Assembly (NCBI GenBank): GCA_976551045.1
Contig: CDPCPM010000053.1
Coordinates: 310,001-374,000, forward strand
From: Glaucostegus cemiculus
Lineage: Eukaryota
Length of the DNA stretch: 64,000 bases
Direction: 5' to 3'
A model generated the notes under the pieces. It was not told the DNA's origin. It saw only the letters and a program-made list of their open reading frames with translations, and did no database searches. Positions 38,601 to 50,124 of the stretch are shown one piece after another (the stretch's first letter is position 1; the number at the start of each line of letters is the position of its first letter). Both the position numbers and the translations under genes were made by a program.

Positions 38601-41600
38601 TGATTTCGGGAAATGAACCTGTTCAGGTGTCAGATCTCTCAGTGGGTGAACTTTTTGGTGATAGTGATCATGATTCTATCTCCATTTCGTTAGCACTGGA
38701 GACAGATAGGAACAGACTGACAAGAAAGTTGTTTACCTGGAGTAAAAGGAATTACGAGGCTCTCAGGCAGGAAACTGGAAGATTAAATTGGGAATAGATG
38801 TTCTCTGGGAAAAGTATGGAAGATATGTGGCAAATATTCAGGAGGTATTTGTGTGGAGTGCTGCATAGACATATTCCCATGAGACAGGGGAGTCACGGGA
38901 TGATGCAGGAACCGTGGTGTTCGAAGGCGATAATAAATCTAGTTAAAAGGAAAAGAAAAGCGTAGAAAAGGTACAGAGAGCTAGGTAATGTTAGAGATCT
39001 GGAAGAGTACAGGGCCAAAAGGAAGGAACTTAAGAAAGAGATTAGGTGAGGTAGACGGGGACATGCGAAGGCCTTGGCGGGCAGGATTAAGGAAAACCCC
39101 AGGGCGTTCTACAAGTATGTGAAGAATAGGAGGATGGGATGGGAAAGAATAGGACCTATCAAATGCAGCAGTGGGAAAATATGATGAATCTGGAAGAAAT
39201 ATCGGAGGTACTTAATGAATGCTTTCCGTCACTATTCACTGCGGAAAAGATCCGGGGGAATTGTCGTGGGGAGGTGCAGCGGCTGAAAAGCTCAAGAGGA
39301 ATACTGTATTAATGGTCGGACTTTTGGAAGTGTGGAGTATCAAAGGGATCTTAGGGTCCGAGTCCGTAGGACGCTCAAAGCGGCTGCACATGTTGTCTCT
39401 GTGGTGAAGAAGGCATATGGTGTATTGTCTTCATCAATCGGTGAATTGAATTTAGGAACTCAGAGGTATTGTTGCAGATATACAGGTCCCTCGTCAGACA
39501 CCACTTGGAGTATTGTTCGCAATTCTGGTCGCCTTACTACAGGTAGGATGTGGAAGCCATAGTGAGGGTGCAGTGTAAATCTACAAGGATGCTGCCTGGA
39601 ATGCAGTGCATGCCTTATGAAAGCAGGTTGAGCGAATTCAGCTTTTTCTCCTTGGAGAGACGCAGGATTAGGGGGGACCTGACAGAGGTCCCCCAATCTT
39701 CCTTTTTACAGAAGGCAATTCTGCCTTTTCCCCACAGCTGAAGTGGTGGCCACAATAGGACATAGGTTATGGTGCTGGGGAGTAGATATAGAGTAGATGT
39801 CAGGGAAAAGATTTTTTACTCAGAGAATGGTAAGTGTTTGGAATGGGCTGCTGACATCGGTGCTTGGAGGTGGATACGATATGGTCTTTTACGAGACTGC
39901 TGGATAGGTACATGGAGCTGATTAAAATAGGGGGCTATGGGTAAGCCTAGTGCTTTCTAGGGCAGGGACAAGCTCGGCACAGCTTTGTGGGCCGAAGGGC
40001 CTAAGTTGTGCTGTACATTTCCTCTGTTACTGTGTTTCTATGGCCAATTGTTCTGTGCATTCTGGTCACGATTTGAATTAATTTATTTGACAGCAGTTAT
40101 AATACATTTCATTTGAAGACCGAATTGGTATTGTACAGTTTAATTCACACAAAAGCGTATTGGCAAATTAAATACCTTAATTTGTATCTTTGTGCAACAA
40201 TTTAAATACACAGGTGCTAATTTGTGGCGCAAGTTCAGTACTGTTCTCATTGCTCGTGGCGTCGTGGGTGCTTTAGTGATTATTCTCCTGATCGTTATTA
40301 TCGTGGGAACGACTTTTCTCGAAGGTATGATCTACACGGATGTTCTGCGCCAATTACTTTGCAGTCAAGTATTTGAAGACATGAGTTAAGTTAGACTGGA
40401 ACAACATCATTATTATTCGTGTAGAATTAGAACCAAATTTATTAGTACTGAGATATGACGTGCAATTTTTGGTTTTGAGGGAGCAGTGCAGTGCAAGACA
40501 TAAAAGTCTTTAGATTGCAAAAGATGTGCAAGAAAAGGAATAATGAGGTAGTGTTCATGGGTTCTTCGAACATTCAGCCATCTGATGTCGGAGGGGAAGA
40601 CGCCGTTCATAAATCATCTACTGCACGTCTTCAGGCTCCTGTACCTCCTCTCAGATGGTAGCAACAAGAATAGCCCTCCTGAATGGTGTGGGTCCTTAAT
40701 GATAGCTTCGCCTTCATGGGGAACCGCCTGTTGAAGATGTCCTCGATGGTAGGGTTTGTTGTGCTTCTAATGGAGTAGTTAGCTGTACTTTCCTCCGCAA
40801 CCTGTTGCGACCCTGCGCATCGGAAGCGCCAAAACAATCTGTGATGCAACCAGTCAGAATAGTCACCACTGTACATCTATCGAAATTTATAATTGTCTTT
40901 GGTGACATACCAAATATCCTCAAACTCCGAACGGTATAAATCCGCCGATGTGTCTTCTTCTTGATTACATCAATATGTTGGGCTCAGGATAGATCTTCTG
41001 ACAGACATATTGACGCCCAGGAACTTGAAGCTGTTTGCTCTTTCCGGCGTTAACTCCTCAGTGCAGAGTGGTTTGACTTCCCCTGTCTTAGCCCTTGTTG
41101 AAGCAATCATCGCTTCCTAATACGCAGGAATGGGTAACAGATTGATTGAACATGATATTTTTGACAAGGGTACTGCCTACTTATCCACCTGATTCTTTAA
41201 AGTAGATATTTTTTCTCAAAATATGCCTTGCTACAGATCAAGATCAAGCTGCCTTTTATTTTAGATCAAATTGCCGGGAGTCTGACTATTTTTATGTTGA
41301 ATTTAAGAAGGCTATTTGCTCAGATACAGTTTGGGAATACCACAAAATATTCGTAAGGTGTACTTGGTAATAACTGAAATAGAGGACGTTTCCTCAGATT
41401 CTATCGTAAAACAGAATGGTACCACATTCTTTTTCTTGCTAATTCGCGGTTTATATATTTTCCATCAGCTACCAAGAGGCAATCGGTAAAGGCCAAACGC
41501 CTAGAAAATTGGGTGAGTTCAATCTGTTTTCGCTCCTTTCATTTTAATATTACGGAAAGGGTTTCAGATTTGCACCAACATTAAATAGATTTAAGTGCTC

Positions 41601-42627
41601 ACATTGCATTGGCTAGTCCCTTTCCTGAAAACACTGTAACAATGTAATTATATGATGGTGGGAATATAGCGCAGTGTACGATCGTTGCAGCAGAGAATGC
41701 CCATTTTATGCTAGACCAAATAAACGGTTTCGTTACATTTCACACGGCTGGTTTTACTTTTGAGGAATTCGTAAGTTCACGCAAGTCCCAACATTGATCT
41801 TTGCGTTGGAAATATTCCCAAGTGAATTCAAATCACTGTCGTTTTAAAATCTCGCCTGCAACTACGTTTGTATTGCGTCCATATTATCAAATATATTTTC
41901 ATTCCAAAAAAACGGCGTGACATCTACCAGTGTCGTTAGTAATCATAATATAGTTCAAAGCAACTCAGACTTGAATTATTCAATAAAACATTCTGCTTAC
42001 ACGATTTAAATCACATATTTTAAGTATGGATATCTAATTTACAAATGTTCATTGAACGTTGCACAAGAATATCTTAAATATTTTCTCGAAATTAGCATGT
42101 GCCGCACACCTCCCTTAGACAGCAATATACACAGCAGCAATGCCATATATTGATTTTCACGATATTTACTATCGGAGTGGATACTTTCTCGCGAGATTCC
42201 ATTCACAGTAAGTGGAGGTGATATCGTAAGAATATATGAAACGAATACAATAATGTAAACATAAATTGTTGGAATGAAAAATGACTTACGGAACCTTGAA
42301 ACACCATAAAATAAATAGATAGGTGCTTAGCATGTGTATTTCTGCAAAGGGCACAAGGAAGATACAAGGCGACAGATATCTGATATCATTTGAGCCAGGA
42401 CTGAGCCAAATATGCTGCAGAATAGCACTTTGAACAGACAATAACTCATTCCACACATGAGCGAAAAATAAAATCAATCTGACTGAGTTAATTTTGATGT
42501 GGAAATGTAAAAAAAAAAATCTTTATCTATTCGGACCCAAAAGGTCGCCACTAATCGTAAACCGGCAAACATTGCTTTGAATTTACAGATTTCTGAAGAA
42601 TACGGGAACACCATGACCCAGGTCTAA
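35604..42627 (+). CDS. Gene C: non-rearranging IgSF VJ-C1 receptor with TM Arg and short tail (NCR3/NKp30-like, putatively activating), 289 aa
   Basis: Exons: 35604-35658 leader MPFSDVILFLSLLKITNA; 35805-36119 V with LRVSQEP, YWWK, DSGVYYC and J-like GTGSTIKV; 37123-37428 C1 (C.ADEFYP..LNLTWYKN...YTCQVAH); 40214-40324 TM STVLIARGVVGALVIILLIVIIVG; 41469-41512; probable last exon 42589-42627 ISEEYGNTMTQV*. Leader, TM and first cytoplasmic exons have the same lengths (55/111/44 nt) as in A and B. The last exon is the least certain. Confidence 0.85.
36835..36977 (+). other. Partial duplicate of the gene C C1 exon with its own acceptor (pseudo-exon or alternative terminal exon)
   Basis: ccttacttttgcag|VPPSHPRISKISDLNSTTLHLGCEADEF copies the first 28 codons of the C1 exon, then runs through 19 unrelated codons to TGA at 36977. 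Confidence 0.75.
38445..40040 (+). mobile_element. Internally deleted CR1 LINE in the C1-TM intron of gene C
   Basis: Endonuclease VMGDFNF...GDSDH, then a jump to the RT C-terminus (VKKAYG, LEYC..FWSP) and 3' UTR. Confidence 0.88.
40430..41085 (-). mobile_element. Rex1/Babar-type LINE 3' fragment in an intron of gene C
   Basis: FGMSPKTIINFDRCTVVTILTGCIT. Homologous to 13690-14310. Confidence 0.8.
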
Positions 42628-42784
42628 ACGTGGAGGTGAGAAGAAAAGACAGAAGCTTGTCAGGAGGCACAGTGAAGATTGGAGTGATGTTTCATCTGCA
42701 GTTGTGATATATTTTTATGTTTATCTGATGCTTCCTCTACACAAACTCTATCCATATCATGTATTTTTGAAAATTATGTCATGC

Positions 42785-43468
42785 CACGCAGGGGAAGTAG
42801 CACTTTGACGAGCACCTGCGCTCCGTCAAAGACAACAATCCGGAGCTCCAGCTAGCATGCATTTATACTTCTTCTTCCGTTTCCCACACCGTCCTGTTTG
42901 TCATCGGCCTCATCCACTGACAAAGTGAAAAGAAACGCAAACTAAAGGAGCAGCAAATCATCTTCCCCTGGCTCGTCTCCAACTCGATTGCATGAACACT
43001 GAATTCTCCAATTTCAGTTAAGATGCCACACATTTTCATTTGTCTCTCCTTATAATCTACCCAAGTCCTGTCGCACGCTCTTTTTCCAAAACCACACCCG
43101 CTGCTTCCGACTACCCCAGCTACTCCATCTTCTTGTCATCCACACACACCCTTTACAGGCTTCTTTCTCGCACTGTTCCCATCTCCTCTTTCCCCTTTAT
43201 TTGTTTTCATAATCTGTTAGATTCCATCATCTATATCCCTTTATCCCCCCACACAACACTTAACACATCCCAACGTCTATCACCTTTCTCTCCCCCGCCT
43301 CAGTATCTGCCAATAAACAATTTCTCTGGAAGATCCTCCTATTGCTTGACAGCTGCTGCCTTTCCACTCACCTTTATACCGGCTAAATTCCCTAAAACCT
43401 TCTGCCCAGATGAAGGGTCTAGACCCGAAGCATTAACTGTCCACTTCCCTCTACAGATACTGCCTGGA
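42785..43468 (+). mobile_element. Penelope-like element 3' fragment (terminus resumes at ~45184-45215 after an L1 insertion)
   Basis: EHLRSV...PELQLA, KRKLKEQQIIF...MNTEFSNF, then a pyrimidine-rich UTR and a degenerate hammerhead-like CAGATGA-GGGTC-GACCC-GAAG. Confidence 0.7.
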
Positions 43469-45185
43469 TGGTGGTATAGCATTACCTAATTTTAGATTTT
43501 ACTATTGGGTAATTAATATTAGATACATAAAATTCTGGGCACCATATTTAGATGCAATTCATGGTCCTTGTTGGGTACACCTTGAGTCTGAATCAATGCA
43601 AGGATTTTCATTAGTTTCTATTTCAGGAGCTTCACTCCCTTTTGCACTTACTAAATTGAATAAACAAATGACTAATCCAATAGTTAAACATACAATACGG
43701 ATATGGTTTCAATTGCGTAAATATTTTGGATTGAATCAATTTAATTTATCAAGCCCTATTCAATCTAATTTATTTTCTTTCAACCATCTGGAATGGACTC
43801 AGTTCTTTATTTATGGAGAATGAAGAGAATGACATGTTTTCGAGATTTATTAATTGATAACTGTTTTTTAATCGTATGAACAGTTGTCTAATAAATACAA
43901 CCTGCCTAGATCACATTTTGTTTCATATTTACAGATTCGATTTTTTTTAAAGTTACTTTACCTTCTTTTCCGACACTATATAAAACTGAAATTATGGGAA
44001 AACTTTAGATTTTAATCCTTATCAGAAGGGCCTAATAGCAATAATTTATGATCGGATTAAGAAAATACATTCAGATGAATTTCATGAAGTTAGGGATGAA
44101 TGGGAAAGAGAAATTCAGATACGTTCCCCTACAGAGACATGAAAGAAGATTCTTCAATTAGTTAATACATCTTCAATGTGTGCTAGACACTCTATGATAC
44201 AGTTTAAGGTGGTTCACAGGACCCACATGTCCAAGGGCAAGTTAGTTTATTTTTATCATCATATAAATCCTATATGTGACAGATGTAATTCGAAGCTGGT
44301 TTCCATGACGCATATGCTTTGCTCCTGTCCCCTTTTTGAAAAAAATTGGAAAGATATTTGTAACATTATTTCATCTGTATTGAACATTGACTTACAACCT
44401 CATCATATTACCGCAATGATTGGGTTACCAATGATGGAATCTCGCAATTTATCTGTTTCTTCTCGTCGTATGATCGGCTTTGTCACATTAATGGCCAAGC
44501 GATCCATTTTGGTCAAATGGAACGATCCAATACCTCTCACCACTTCTGAGTGGTTTTCTCAACCTATAACATGTTTAAACATAGAATAAATTAGGAGTAG
44601 TACTGTTGATCCATCACTTAAATTTGAGGAAGTTTGGTGACCATTTATTCAATACCTCCAAGAAGTTGACCTTTCTCAGATCCCTTTGAATAATCTTTGA
44701 ATACAGAGGAGAGGAGTTGACGACATAATAATCCTTTTGTTTGTTTTTAATCGAAGAAATNNNNNNNNNNNNNNNNNNNNNNNNNNNNNNNNNNNNNNNN
44801 NNNNNNNNNNNNNNNNNNNNNNNNNNNNNNNNNNNNNNNNNNNNNNNNNNNNNNNNNNNNNNNNNNNNNNNNNNNNNNNNNNNNNNNNNNNNNNNNNNNN
44901 NNNNNNNNNNNNNNNNNNNNNNNNNNNNNNNNNNNNNNNNNNNNNNNNNNNNNNNCTTCTTTCATGCAATTAAATGTTATTTATTTTCAATCGTTCCTTT
45001 TGTATTTCTTCACTTAATAAGAGAACGGGAGGTCTAGATTACTTTTTTTTTACTCCTTTTGATTATACATATTAACTGCTATGATTGCTATTCTGATCTC
45101 TTTACACCATATGTATAATTTCTAATGTGATATATATTATTTTGTGCTAATTTGAACCTTAATAAAGAGATTGAAAAATAAAAAT
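43469..45185 (+). mobile_element. 5'-truncated L1/Tx1-clade LINE (contains N run 44761-44955)
   Basis: ORF2 C-terminus CARHSMIQFKVVHR, zinc knuckle CDRC...HMLCSCP, AKRSILVKW. AATAAA plus A-rich tail. Flanked by the repeat ATRCTGCCTG (probable target duplication). Confidence 0.85.
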
Positions 45186-45429
45186 GCTGCCTGACCCGCT
45201 GAGAACCCCCAGTTTCTCTTCGACTATATCTCACCCAGTGTAGAAATGGAAATAATAAGTGGGTCACTTGATATTGTCAACACTGCTTCATTCACTTGCA
45301 TTTCCGGTTTGTGTTTCAAAAAGAAACCTATCAATTATTCTATCATAGTTCGCTTCCGTGGTCAAATCTTTCGTAATTGAACACGTACTGAACAGCAAAG
45401 GCCAACAGATCATATGTTTGGAATCTTAG

Positions 45430-46680
45430 TCATAGATTAATACAGCATGAGAGCAGGCCCTCCACACAACTCGTCCATGCTGACCGAAATGTCTTACTGA
45501 GATGACGCCATTTGTTTCTTTGCCCATTTCCCTGTAAACCTTTGCAATCCACGTACCTGTCTCAATTTTTTTTAATTATAAACATCACCCACGTCTGCAG
45601 TGTACACTGGTTGCTCGGTTGTATAACTACCACCCTGTGTGTGTGAAGATTTCCCAGCAGATCCCTTTCAAAGCTTGCCCCGCAATTTAAGAGCTATGAT
45701 TTAGACCCGTGTGCTGATCTAGTTCTGGACTCACGACCTCTGGGAGAAGGATATGACCATCTATCTTAGTTACACCTCTCATTAGTTTATATATATATAT
45801 TTCAGGTCACACCTAAACCTACGATCGAAGGACAACGTTCAAGGCCATCCATCCTTTCCTTATAATGCAAAACCATCCCCCTACCCCCCACCACCAGTCC
45901 TGATAACATCCTCGTGAATGTTTTATATACCCTTTCCAGCTGAATGTCGTCCTCCCCATAGTTCGGAAAAAAGAATAATGCATAATACTCCAAACGTGGT
46001 CTCACCAACGACTTGTACAGTTGCAACATAACCTTCCAGCTCATGTACTCAGTGCCCTGACGGATGTAGCCAAGCTGCCAAAGCCCTTCTTCACTATCCT
46101 GTCTCCTGGTGTCGTCTCCTTCTGGAAACGATGTATGCGCACTCCAGTTCTCTTCTTTCTACAATACTTTCTGGGGCCCTACATTTAATGTGTAAGCCCT
46201 GCCCTGGTTTACTTACCAAATTGCAGCACTCGAACGTCTGAGTGAAATTCTATCTGCCACCTAGACCACTTCGCCAGTTTATAGAAATCCTGTTGCAACC
46301 TTAGATAACCATCTTCACTTTGTGCTGCATTACTTTGTGTTTTTTTCTGCAAAATTGACAACGGTGTTAACAATATTGTAGTCCAAATCGTTACTACAGA
46401 TTACAACAATAATCTGAAAAACAAACCTGCACAACCACCCTCTCTCTCCTTTCACCATGGCAGTTTTGTATCCAGTTGGCTAGCTCACCCTGGATCCCAT
46501 ACTATCTAATTTTTCATTCCAGCAGACCGTGCGGGACCTTGTCACATGCATTACAAAGCACTCCGTATATAGAACGTCTACCGCCTGCCTTAATGAATCT
46601 TCTTGATCACCTCTTCAAAATATTCAATCAAATTTGTGAAGCACGACTGGCCACGCACAAGCCATGCTGAGTATCCTGTA
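45430..46680 (-). mobile_element. CR1 LINE 3' fragment
   Basis: VMLQLYKSLVRPRLEY on the minus strand. Confidence 0.82.
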
Positions 46681-48555
46681 CAAACGTGTAATTATTGTTC
46701 GCTCATGTTCCCTTTAATTTCGTTCGTGGCTTCGCCAGGTCAATGTAAATGATCAGCAGTGCTTTCATTATGCGCAACCGTTTTTTCATTCTCTTTGTTT
46801 CCAAATGTTTTGCTGATTTTTTTTGCTGGGAAAGGAACCAATAAGACATTCCATGTTCCTTGTTTTTGTTCTTTTGTGCCCCAATAAATATTGATTTATT
46901 TCTGATTACCATTTTACTGAAATCTGCCAGATCTTTTAAACAAACACAACCGTCATTCTTCTTGACTACCCTGCTGTTTTTAGCCTTCTCCGTGGAACCA
47001 CCAACTAATGATTGGGAATTCTATCTTCTATAATTTCGTTTAGGTCAATATGCCATGCCATTTAGAAAATTATTCCGCAGAACTGATCCAAGTATGAATT
47101 GTCTTTCGTCAATATCTTCGCAATAGGTATGACATTTCTGCAAGATAGACTTTGGCTGCACGTTGTTTTTACTGACATGTTCTTCGAACCACAAATTGTC
47201 AATGTCTAATATGGAGATTAGCACGAAAAAAAAACTTTGTCAAGGAAGGAAAATAAGATACATTCAAATCATGTAAAACGTCTAAACAGCTTGAATGCCT
47301 TGCGTCTTTGAGTGCAATTTGGATAAATCTAGAGGTTGGATGTATGGAAAGTACGTGTGGAATGCATTCTTCTGGCAATGTATAATCAACATCAATCAGT
47401 TAGAAAAGAGACATAGCTTAGATTCCTGGCGAAGCAGATGCACACACATTATTATATGCGAGCAAGGAAGGCTAATTTCATTCATATAAGCCTATTTTAA
47501 AGTGATACCTGGGATACATTGCAACACTTTGGTCACAATACCCGAGGAGTGATAAACAATAGAGGCAAATACATTTGTGATGAGAGAGGTTATTTTGGAA
47601 AAAAAAATTATTGTTCTAATTCTACGAGAAGGGATGTCTTGCTGGAAGATGCACCATTGTCAGGTGACTTCACTCTTTGAAAATTGAAATCGATTGTTTT
47701 AATTGCTATAATAATCCAGAACTGGTGGAGATAATTATGCAGCCAATGACTCAGGGTTGTATTAAACTAACAATCACATTTCCTCACTCATTGGCTTATG
47801 ATTCACCAGTTTCTTTTTACTCCGGAAGCTGAGTGTACTTGGTCATTAGGACATTCGTGTCTAAGTTCAATAGTTTTTTTTTAGTACTCATGGAAATGAA
47901 AGTTCATATATTGATGTGACAAAGGAGAAGACATGAACAGAGATAGTTAGATAAGCATATGGAGGAATTTACACACTGCACTCAATGAGTCGTGGCACAG
48001 ACAATTTGAGTTTATTTAAACACCACAGTATAGAGCGTGAGCAGTGCCCATGAAGGCAAATTACATATTTATATAGATCCATCCAGTGAGCATCCCATAC
48101 GGATGCAACAGGGCATTGTCTCCGCTGCCGTTCCAATGAATGGGAACATCAGTAAGTTGCTTCTTGGCAAAGGCGCCGGCACCTGTGGGTTGAACGGGAC
48201 ACTACAATAGCCATATACTATATTTTCCTACCATTTTCAGTGGTTTGGAATTGAAAGACAATCGAAGAGCTCTCCACAGGGCTTGCAGAATAGGACTAGG
48301 TAATCCAACGAGTTCCCTCCTATCCTGTTGCACAGTATGTCTTCGTCTGCTTCTATATTCACCACCAATTCCAATGGAAGTTCTGGATCGCTCTGAGTAG
48401 ACCGGCTGATTAAACCTCGTTTGTGCATTTCCGCATTCATGGCAGCTGTAGACTGCGTGAACATTCAGTTGAAGAGTTCTTTATTTAAATGGATTAAAGA
48501 GTCAACCTTAGTTGAACTCATACATCTGATACAAACTACTAGCATGCATTGATAT

Positions 48556-48691
48556 TGTTACGAACTCGGTTACAATTGGCGAATGCTGCTTTAAGATAGA
48601 GAATAGTGATGTGTGTTGGTGTGGCAAATACAACAGGAGATAAAGGACGCAATGGCGTTTTTGAAGCAGTCAGTTGGTGTCAGAAGAGTGG

Positions 48692-48723
<32 letters not shown>

Positions 48724-49416
48724 AGAGAAAGTAGAAGAGAGAGAGAGCAGGTTGCTAGTCTCTATTGATGGATGAGCAACAGTAACTGTGTCTGTTACTA
48801 CAATCCACGTTTGGATTGTTGGAGTAATCCGGTGGAGTTCACGTAGTCGTTAACTTACAGAGTGAAACAGGTATTGGAGTGGACGGACATGTCTCGGATG
48901 CTTTTCGGGGTGGCAGATGCTTCGGAACAAAGCAGTGGAGTTCACCTTGTTACTGACCTGTTGAATGTAGCAGGTATTTGTGTGAGTGGTCACGATTCGA
49001 GAGCGTTTCGGGGTGATCAAGATGCGGTGGAGTAGTCACTGTTGAGAATACACTGAAGTTTCGTTTGGGTTCCAAAGAGGAACATTTGGATTTCGTAATT
49101 AATCTCTATGTTCTCTCTACATCAACGTTTTGTCTTCAGACAACGGTGGGTGTTGAAGAAGCCGTTGCTCATGCTTCACCTTACAGCTTGCTGAACTCAA
49201 CTTTGAAAATTATTCCTGGACTTGAATTTGGGATTTTGCCGCACACACACGTCGCGTTCAGTTTTGGTGGTTAATGTCTAAGATTTAATATTTTTACTTC
49301 TATCATACCAACATTTTTACTTTTATTCAACTTATTATCATACTTAGTTATTCATGAAGTAGTTTATAACACGCATACATGACTCGGTGTGTTTCTTTTG
49401 TTCCTGGTTCGGAACA
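48556..49416 (+). mobile_element. Probable solo LTR containing a (GA)n tract
   Basis: Terminal inverted ends TGTTACGAAC...GTTCGGAACA with flanks ATAT/AAAT. The 3' end resembles the LTR ending at 59807. Confidence 0.6.
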
Positions 49417-50124
49417 AAATCGACTGAACAAAACTTTCTCATCGTTTCCATTCGGTTCTGCATGTGTCTTCAAATGAATGCTGTCACCGTTGTCACTGGT
49501 GAAAACGCCGGGTGAAAGTTACTAAGTAGCAACTCAGTTTCGGGCAATGCAGTGCTACCAATAGAGGGAGTAGAGAATAGAGGAACAAGATCAATGTGCA
49601 CCATCATCGGACCTCCATGGGTTCCATCAACTTTCAGAGACACACCTGCAGCCTCCTTGGGAAGGTCGGGACGTCAGCCATGAGATGAGATCCGCCTAAT
49701 TTTATCAAAATTGGGCAATTGTCTTTAAGTATCATGCAATGGAGTTAAGTTTCAGTAGACTGACAGTTAAATGTTATAATATTATGGTATTATTAAACAT
49801 AAACATGCTGATAAATAAACGGAAGTTACTGCGGATGGAAACTGAGTAAAATTTCATACAGCAAATATTTTGAAAAGCATCGTGCACACTCCCCACTTGT
49901 CCCTCAGATTCGGGCCTTGTATCTGTCACCTCCACCCTGGAATGATGCGGACCATCACAGTTATCGATATTCAGACCTGAAAGCAATTGGCATCCGCGAA
50001 ATCGAGTAAGAAGCAAATATAGCCAAAGCGGGGGCTCTAAGACCCAGCCTTAGGTATCTCTGAAAGCGGTTTTCAAAATAAAATTGAAACTAATTAGCGG
50101 AAAATAAAAGTTACAACAATAATA

